A stretch of DNA of 63,885 nucleotides, filler included, from Reclinomonas americana ATCC 50394 (lineage: Eukaryota): the NCBI GenBank assembly GCA_048213135.1. It is 5 parts of 3 records of this genome, joined end to end, with 100 filler letters (N's around TTAATTAATTAA, not from the genome) between each part and the next. Parts side by side here need not be neighbours in the genome. Positions count along the whole stretch, not along the records: positions 41,032 to 59,901 come from PS015026.1; positions 60,002 to 62,774 come from PS015027.1; positions 62,875 to 63,885 come from PS015036.1; 2 more parts are not named here. One strand, written 5' to 3'. Position 1 is the stretch's first letter. The number at the start of each line of letters is the position of its first letter. The notes beneath the pieces are model-generated. The model did no database searches. It was not told the DNA's origin and worked only from the letters and a program-made list of their open reading frames with translations. Below, piece by piece: positions 56,783 through 63,885 of this stretch. The position numbers and the translations under genes were made by a program.

Positions 56783-59700
56783 TTAAAAGCGTCCGCGGCC
56801 CCTGCATACACACACACACACACAGTCAGCCACTGGAGCCGGCCGCGCACAAGAGAGAAACGACAGACGCAACGGAGGGCGGCGGCCTCGTGGTGCGCCA
56901 GGGGCGTTGCCGGGTGCCTCGGACTTGGGGTTGCGGACGGTCTCGTCCACCGACAGAATCATGCATGCTGCCTCGGTGGCGCTCTCCCAGGCGTTGCGCT
57001 TGACGAGTGCGGGCTCCCACACGAACGACTCGTATGTGTCGCACACACCCTCGTTCTCAATGTCCACGCCGAATCGTTGCCGGCCTGCAGCACACATTGA
57101 CTCTGACAGTGAGCAGCCTGTACCAACCAACCCCTACATGCATCAAGCATCGCAGCTCACCCTTGGCATGCGCCTGTCGCAGCTTGTTCATAATGTCGGT
57201 CGAGTCGAAGCCGGCGTTCTCCGCCACCTGTCGCGGAATGATCTCGAGGGCCTTGGCGAACGCGTTGATGATCAGCTGCTGCTTGCCGGCAATGGTGCGG
57301 GCGTGATCGTGCAGGAACTTGCTGACTTCCATCTACCGACACCAAGAGGGCAAAGTGAGTAAAGAGACAGGCTCACAGAGGCGGAAAAACAACCAACCTC
57401 AATGGCACCACCACCGGCCACCAGAGAGCTGTGTTGAATGGCGCGGCGCACAATCATGATGGCGTCGTGCAACGAGCGCTCCGCCTCATCAATGTACTGC
57501 TCGGCACCGCCACGCAGCACAATCGTGGCCGTACGTGTCTACGCAATCACCATCAGCACACTTTTCGTCACACACACACTCGGCGCATATCATCACGCAG
57601 ACGCAAACCTGCGGGCACTCCTTGAAAATGTTGTATCGCTCGTTGCCGACTTGCACCTCCTCAAAGACGCCGCACGTGCCGAGAATGTCGGCGCCGAGGC
57701 GGTTGACCGAGGTCTGCACACGGGCACCCGTGGCCTTGCAAATGCGCGCAGCATCCTACACGTGTGTGCGCAAGATGTCAACAACCAATCACAGCACATC
57801 ACAAGCAACTGAACATGTAAATATCGACGCAACATCCTTGCTCACGCGACCAGCGCAGAAAATGTCGCGATCGGCAAAGAACTGGGTGGCGAGATCGCCA
57901 ATCGGCAGCGTCGACAGCACAATCTGGGCGCCGCACGCGGCAATCTTGTTCAGCTTGTCGTAGATAATGTCCCACTCGGCGTCGACAATGGCCTGGTACT
58001 GGGTGGGGTCGGTGATCTTGACCTCGGCGTTCTCCTTCTCGGCCTTCAGCTCCAGCTCGTGGTTGAGCATGAGGATGTGCGGGGTGCGGAACGACTTGGG
58101 CTGCTGCTCAAAGCCGGCGTACGAGAAGGTCTTCTTGAAGGCGACACCCTCCACCAGGAACGAGTCCTCCATCGAGCCACCCTGCACCTTCTTGATGCCA
58201 ATCATGTCGAGCGACAGATCCTCCTCCAGCAGCATGACAGCGTCGACCACCATGCGCGAGAAGGTCTCCTTGGAGCCGGCAATCAGCTTCGAGTTGAGCG
58301 ACGTCGACGCGCAGTGCAGCAGCAGCTCGCGCTTCTCCGACAGCGGCTTGCCCTCCAAGTGCTCAGCCTGCTCGTGCAGCTTCTCGAGCGCCTGTGCAGA
58401 GAGAGAGAGAAGAGAGAATGAGCATTGTGAGATGCAGGGGGAAGTGCCGGGAGTGTGTGGGGAGAGCACAACGCAACGAGGGAGCAAGCGCGTCGGAAAC
58501 CATTGATGACGATCTGCGGGTGCACGCCGTCCTCCACAAACTGCTTGGCCTCCTTCAGCAGCTCACCAGCCAGCACCGTCACCGAGGTGGTGCCGTCACC
58601 GACCTGCAACACGTGCAAGGATGAGAAAGAGAGAAGAAGAAGAAGAGGAGGGAAGCAACAACTCACCTCCGCATCCTGCGACTTGGCAATGTCGGTCAGC
58701 GTGCGCGCAGCCGGANNNNNNNNNNNNNNNNNNNNNNNNNNNNNNNNNNNNNNNNNNNNNNNNNNNNNNNNNNNNNNNNNNNNNNNNNNNNNNNNNNNNN
58801 NNNNNNNNNNNNNNNNNNNNNNNNNNNNNNNNNNNNNNNNNNNNNNNNNNNNNNNNNNNNNNNNNNNNNNNNNNNNNNNNNNNNNNNNNNNNNNNNNNNN
58901 NNNNNNNNNNNNNNNNNNNNNNNNNNNNNNNNNNNNNNNNNNNNNNNNNNNNNNNNNNNNNNNNNNNNNNNNNNNNNNNNNNNNNNNNNNNNNNNNNNNN
59001 NNNNNNNNNNNNNNNNNNNNNNNNNNNNNNNNNNNNNNNNNNNNNNNNNNNNNNNNNNNNNNNNNNNNNNNNNNNNNNNNNNNNNNNNNNNNNNNNNNNN
59101 NNNNNNNNNNNNNNNNNNNNNNNNNNNNNNNNNNNNNNNNNNNNNNNNNNNNNNNNNNNNNNNNNNNNNNNNNNNNNNNNNNNNNNNNNNNNNNNNNNNN
59201 NNNNNNNNNNNNNNNNNNNNNNNNNNNNNNNNNNNNNNNNNNNNNNNNNNNNNNNNNNNNNNNNNNNNNNNNNNNNNNNNNNNNNNNNNNNNNNNNNNNN
59301 NNNNNNNNNNNNNNNNNNNNNNNNNNNNNNNNNNNNNNNNNNNNNNNNNNNNNNNNNNNNNNNNNNNNNNNNNNNNNNNNNNNNNNNNNNNNNNNNNNNN
59401 NNNNNTGCACAATGTCGAGCAGCTTGATGATGGTGGCGCCGTCATTGGAGATGGTCACCTTGCGGCCATCGTGAATGAGCTTGTCCATGCCACGCGGTCC
59501 CAGCGTCGGTCGCACCTTTGCGATGACGAGAGATGAGTGATCAGTTTACACACTTTTTAAACATGCACTTTGCATGCACACGCACCACATCAACGACCGC
59601 CAAGCAGGCGTCAATGTTGGAGACGAGCTGCGGGCAGGCACACACACAGAAAAAGTGAGCGTTTGAGCAGTTGTCGCGCCTCCACCACACACAAAAGAGC

Positions 59701-59791
59701 GCGCGCGCACACACGCAGAGAAAAAGCAACAAACCTGAGGAATGCCCTGCGAGTCGTCTGTGCCCTCTCGCAGGAGGATAATCTGAGGTTG
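56783..59791 (-). CDS. CCT7: Chaperonin CCT/TRiC subunit eta; first mini-exon (ATG CAA TCC) possibly at 60030-60038 across the spacer
   Basis: [106 protein letters not shown]. Confidence 0.96.
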
Positions 59792-60217
59792 CTGTGGCGC
59801 GAAGGAGGCAGAGCGAGACAAGTGCGCGGTCATGTCAAACGAATGCTCAGCAAACAAAACACCCCCCCAAACAACAACAACACGCGCTGCACTCTCACTC
59901 ANNNNNNNNNNNNNNNNNNNNNNNNNNNNNNNNNNNNNNNNNNNNTTAATTAATTAANNNNNNNNNNNNNNNNNNNNNNNNNNNNNNNNNNNNNNNNNNN
60001 NGACAACCGACTGTGTGCGTGGCTCGCACGGATTGCATCGATTGTCCGTGGCGCGTGCCTCCTCAAGTGCAACACACCAGAGGAGAGACAGAGGAGTGCG
60101 TGTGCGTGCGTGTGAATCAGTGAGCGCGTGCGATTGATCTGCGGGCGGGATCGTCGTGAGCGAGAGACGGAGTGTGCGTGACTGGCCGTTAGATTTACGC
60201 GCAAGTGTCGAGCAAAG

Positions 60218-62774
60218 ATGGATTCCGGCACGCACATGTCGCAGTTCGTGGTGCTGTCGACCATGGGCACGGCGTCGCCGAGTCAGAGTCCGCATGTTGT
60301 ACGGCGAGCCAGTCTGCGTGGTGCGTCTGTGTGACCAGCGTGTGTGTGATTGGCGTCTTGTCGCTCAAGTCTTGAGTGAGCGCAGGGGTTCGACGATCGT
60401 CGCGTGTGGGTGTCGTGAATCGAGCGTATGCAGTGGATGTGGGCGGTGGCGAGTCGCTGCCACATGCAGGCGACTCGGACTCGTTCTCGGCGACTTGCGA
60501 CAGTCCCGACACATGGATCTATGGTGCAGACATGGCGGCGATGCCGACGACCCCGCTGGTGGCGCCGTTTCCCGTCGCCGACAGTGATGCGCTGTCGTCG
60601 TCGTGCCTGCTGGATCGGTACGATAGGGGGCCGGATAATCCTCGATTCTCCTCTGCGTTTAGTTCGACAGCGGTCGTTGCCGAGGAGACGGAGGTCGGTC
60701 GTCGACTGAGCGCCACGCGACGCGGATCGGCTTCGTCGACGGCCTCCGATGGCAGCGAGTCACTGAAAGAGTCGCTGCTACGCTCGGCCAGTGCGTACCC
60801 TCACTTGGCTTGCGCTCCACGTTGCTTCCCATCTGAACGATTGTCCAACAGCTCTCGGAACCATGATGGCCACGTCGCTGGCTCGACAGCGAGAGGAGAT
60901 GGACGAGTTGAGATCGATGCGGATCACGTTGGTGGAGCAGCTGTTTCGCTCGCAGGAGGAGTGTGCACGGTTGATGCGGGAGTTGGCGCAGGGGCAGACG
61001 GCCTCCGAGGCACTGCAGGAGGCCTACAGACGCGAGGTGCAAGAGAAGAACAAGGCCAAGTGCGCGTTAGAAGTGGCACTGCAACAGCTGGAGGTGGAGG
61101 AGGCGGCGCGTGTGCAGAGCGATCGTCGCTCCGCCAACTTGCAGGCGCAGCTTGCACAGTTGCAGCAGGCAAATGCACAGTTGCTCGCGGAACGACAGGA
61201 GCTGACGGCGGAGGTGCGACAGCTGCGCGAGGATAATGAGCGTCAGCGCGCTGACTTTGAGGAAGAACGCACGGCGATGCAAGGTACGCTGGGGAGGCAA
61301 AATGACGCAACACATCGTCATTCTTACAAACGTTGTTGGCACAGCCACCATTGAGAAACTAAAGGAGAGTCTGGACGAGGCGCTGTGTCTCATGCCGGTC
61401 ACGGCCACTGCACCGCAAGTCAACGGGCAAGAAGTCACTCGTCTGCGCGCCAACCTGGACGCCAGTGAGAGGGCGCGCATCGAGTTGGAACGGCAGCTGA
61501 CGGATGCACGTCGTGAACTGTCGCATGTGCGTCTGGAGGAGCAAGCGCTGCAGGTGCGGCTGGAGGACCTCGATCATGCCAATGCGCACTTGAGATTAGC
61601 GCTCGAGCGAAGCGACTCTGGATTGTTGTCGCTCTCGGCTCGATCACGGCCACGTGCGCCGTCCATGGCAGAGCAGCTGTCAATGGTGATGGAGGCGAGC
61701 GACTCGGACATGGAGTCCTGCGTAGATGATGAGCATGGCGCAAGCACGAACACATCTGTTGACCCAGAAGGGGTCGATGATGTTCACCAAGACGCAGTCG
61801 ACAATGATGGACAGGAGAGCCTGGTGTCATCGGTGACTACCGGCCTGCATCTCAGCTCATGTGCATAAGTTTCTTGTGGTAACACCTCCTCTCTCTCTCT
61901 CTCTCCACGCAGTGTTCAAGACCCACGTCACCTGTCACTCCCTCCACAAAATCGGTGCCGTCGCCGACCATGGATCTTTCGCCAGTGCTCATGGTGGAGG
62001 GCGAGGCACCAGAGTGGTCTCCCCAGGCCGTTTTCCGTCCTCTGACAGAGATGCAGATTGGCGTCGGCGATTTGGCGGCACCATCGGTGCCATGCGATGT
62101 GCACTCGCTGGCCGGAAACAGCAGTCACACAGTGGCCAGTGGATCCACTGCCGACGCCCACAGTATGGTGTCGCTTGCGCCAACCGAGGACCTGTTGTGT
62201 GCGGTGCACATGATTACCACCGATGTCGGCCTTTCGTCGGTGAGATGCATCGACGATGGGGAGTGGTAGAAATATGTTGCTCATATTTGCTCTGCAGTTG
62301 TCCATCACGTCCGAGTCATTACTGCACAAGCAGCAGTTGGCTCTCCTCAGTCACCACGACATGACAGCGGCCGATTCGGAGGCTGACGAAGAGGATGATG
62401 ATGACGATGACGATGACTTGCTGGTCGTGGATGTGTGCGTCGTGGACGACGATGTACCGGCGATCGACGGCTCCATCGCCATGGCTGTGGCCATTCCGCT
62501 ATCACCCAGCGGTTCTGTCGATGCGACTTCGCCAGTGGAAACGCGGAAAGCCGTGTGTCGGCCCACACATCGAGTGTCGGCCAGTCTCGGCAGCGAGTTC
62601 TGCTTTGGCGCTCAGCGATCACCGCTGTCGCTGCACTTGTCGATCGATCAGCAGGCAGAGATGTGCTCGTTGGTGGTGAGCTCGCTCAGTGCCAGTCCGG
62701 TGGGATCCTCCAGTTGCAACGACAGCAGCACCGACAGTTTCTACCCCGACTGGTGCGACGATCAGCACGACATT
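60218..62774 (+). CDS. Unknown coiled-coil protein with low-complexity acidic regions (start uncertain, 3' end truncated)
   Basis: Heptad-rich exons MMATSLARQREEMDELRSMRITLVEQL...ENERQRADFEEERTAMQ / ATIEKLKESLDEAL...RLEDLDHANAHLRLALE, separated by GT-AG introns. Confidence 0.6.
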
Positions 62775-62874
62775 NNNNNNNNNNNNNNNNNNNNNNNNNN
62801 NNNNNNNNNNNNNNNNNNTTAATTAATTAANNNNNNNNNNNNNNNNNNNNNNNNNNNNNNNNNNNNNNNNNNNN

Positions 62875-63264
62875 CTGGCGCGCGTTGCTCGCCTGGCGTA
62901 CTCGTGGATGTCGTTTGCCGACACGACGGGCGCGCAGTCGACCGTGCTGGCGGGCCAGGGCTCGCTCCCGTTGCTGTCGGTTGGCTGCGATGTGGCCGAG
63001 GGTCCGATCAACACCTGCCGCTGCAAGCACATCCTGTTCGAGACGCCGTTTGTGCAGACGCCGCAGATTTACGTGGCGGCCACTGGCTGGGACTTTGACT
63101 CGTACGACGAGTCCGCCAAGATTCACAAGGGCATCGACTTTTTCATCTCGGTGAACCAGGTGTCGGCCACCGACACGACGATTTGCATCAACGTGGGTGT
63201 GCGCAGCACTGTGCGCTCCATCGACTACTCCTACGTCGTCTTTGGCACCCCAGTTACTGACTAA
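62875..63264 (+). CDS. 3' end of a gene with an H-type-lectin-like C-terminal domain
   Basis: HILFETPFVQTPQIYVAATGWDFD...ISVNQVSATDTTICINV...SIDYSYVVFG fits the F..PF...P.V...D pattern of H-type lectin domains. Confidence 0.5.
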   Translation: MARVARLAYSWMSFADTTGAQSTVLAGQGSLPLLSVGCDVAEGPINTCRCKHILFETPFVQTPQIYVAATGWDFDSYDESAKIHKGIDFFISVNQVSATDTTICINVGVRSTVRSIDYSYVVFGTPVTD

Positions 63265-63570
63265 GTGACTGGCGTTGGCGGCGGTGGCAGTGGCGGTTGC
63301 TGCTGCGTGCATGTGTCTTTTTTTCTTCTGTCTCCTCCCAGTCTGAGTGCCTCTAGGCTTCGGCCTCTCGCCTCGGTCACTGTCGCTCTCTGTTGTTGTT
63401 TTTGTGCTTAAAAAATTTTGTGTCTGTTGCATCTTAACTGTGGCGAGGATATACTACTCTCTGTCCTCGTCGTTTCCTGTTGGCTACGCACGTAGCGTGC
63501 CACATTATTTTGTTTGTCGCTTTTTTTGTTTCCTCCATATCACATTGTGAATTGCAATTGTATCAGCTTG

Positions 63571-63849
63571 TCATTGCGTTGCTTCCAAGTGATTCTCTCG
63601 TCGTCGCTTCAGTGGTGGTTCGCCCGTCATGCTGTCCTCGTCCAGCGCCGAGTAGTCGTAGTTGTAGGATCCATACGCGTCGCCGACAATCTCGCTGGCC
63701 AAGCGATGCCGCGCTCGCATTGCGTAGCTCGTCGACGATCCGCCATGGTGATCGGCCAGCACCGAGGCCGACGGCAGTGACGGCTCCGCGGCGGCCACTG
63801 GTCGATTCTGCGCCAGCGACTCGGCCACCTGTGCATGCTCCTGTCGCAT
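63571..63849 (-). CDS. Last exon of an unknown gene with an NLS-like PPLKRRR motif
   Basis: Open frame ending ...DEDSMTGEPPLKRRRENHLEATQ*; upstream exons lie outside the window. Confidence 0.45.
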   Translation of the reverse strand: MRQEHAQVAESLAQNRPVAAAEPSLPSASVLADHHGGSSTSYAMRARHRLASEIVGDAYGSYNYDYSALDEDSMTGEPPLKRRRENHLEATQ

Positions 63850-63885
63850 GGACTGTGTGGATTGATTGACAGGAGGTGGTCAGCG

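Overview
This window is intron-rich, GC-rich, very compact genomic DNA from a eukaryote, probably a protist; the taxon cannot be determined from the sequence. It is a draft assembly: scaffolds are joined by artificial 100-bp N44-TTAATTAATTAA-N44 spacers, there are many N-gaps, and at least two (probably three) small contigs are inverted. About 20 genes were reconstructed by hand: NUP205-like, RPB8, a secreted propeller-like protein, WASHC4/SWIP, BLTP2/KIAA0100-like, a MINDY-3/4 deubiquitinase with two degenerate 5' copies, a CENP-E-like kinesin-7, FAM184-like, a TDA3-like FAD oxidoreductase, a METTL21-type methyltransferase, a PLAC8 protein, a membrane metallophosphoesterase, a bacterial-type peroxiredoxin, CCT7, an H-type-lectin-like fragment and several unknowns. 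The most striking signal is in the splicing code. The short (mostly ~55-95 nt) GT-AG introns fall into two donor classes. Standard donors read G|GTNNGT with G at +5. An abundant one-nucleotide-shifted class reads H|GTTNNGT (mostly GTTGCGT, G at +6) and is used when the exon does not end in G. The shifted class accounts for 10/19 FAM184 introns and 6/16 WASHC4 introns. This suggests shifted-register U1/U6 recognition, or variant snRNAs, as a mainstream mechanism. All exon/intron calls are manual and have no transcript support.
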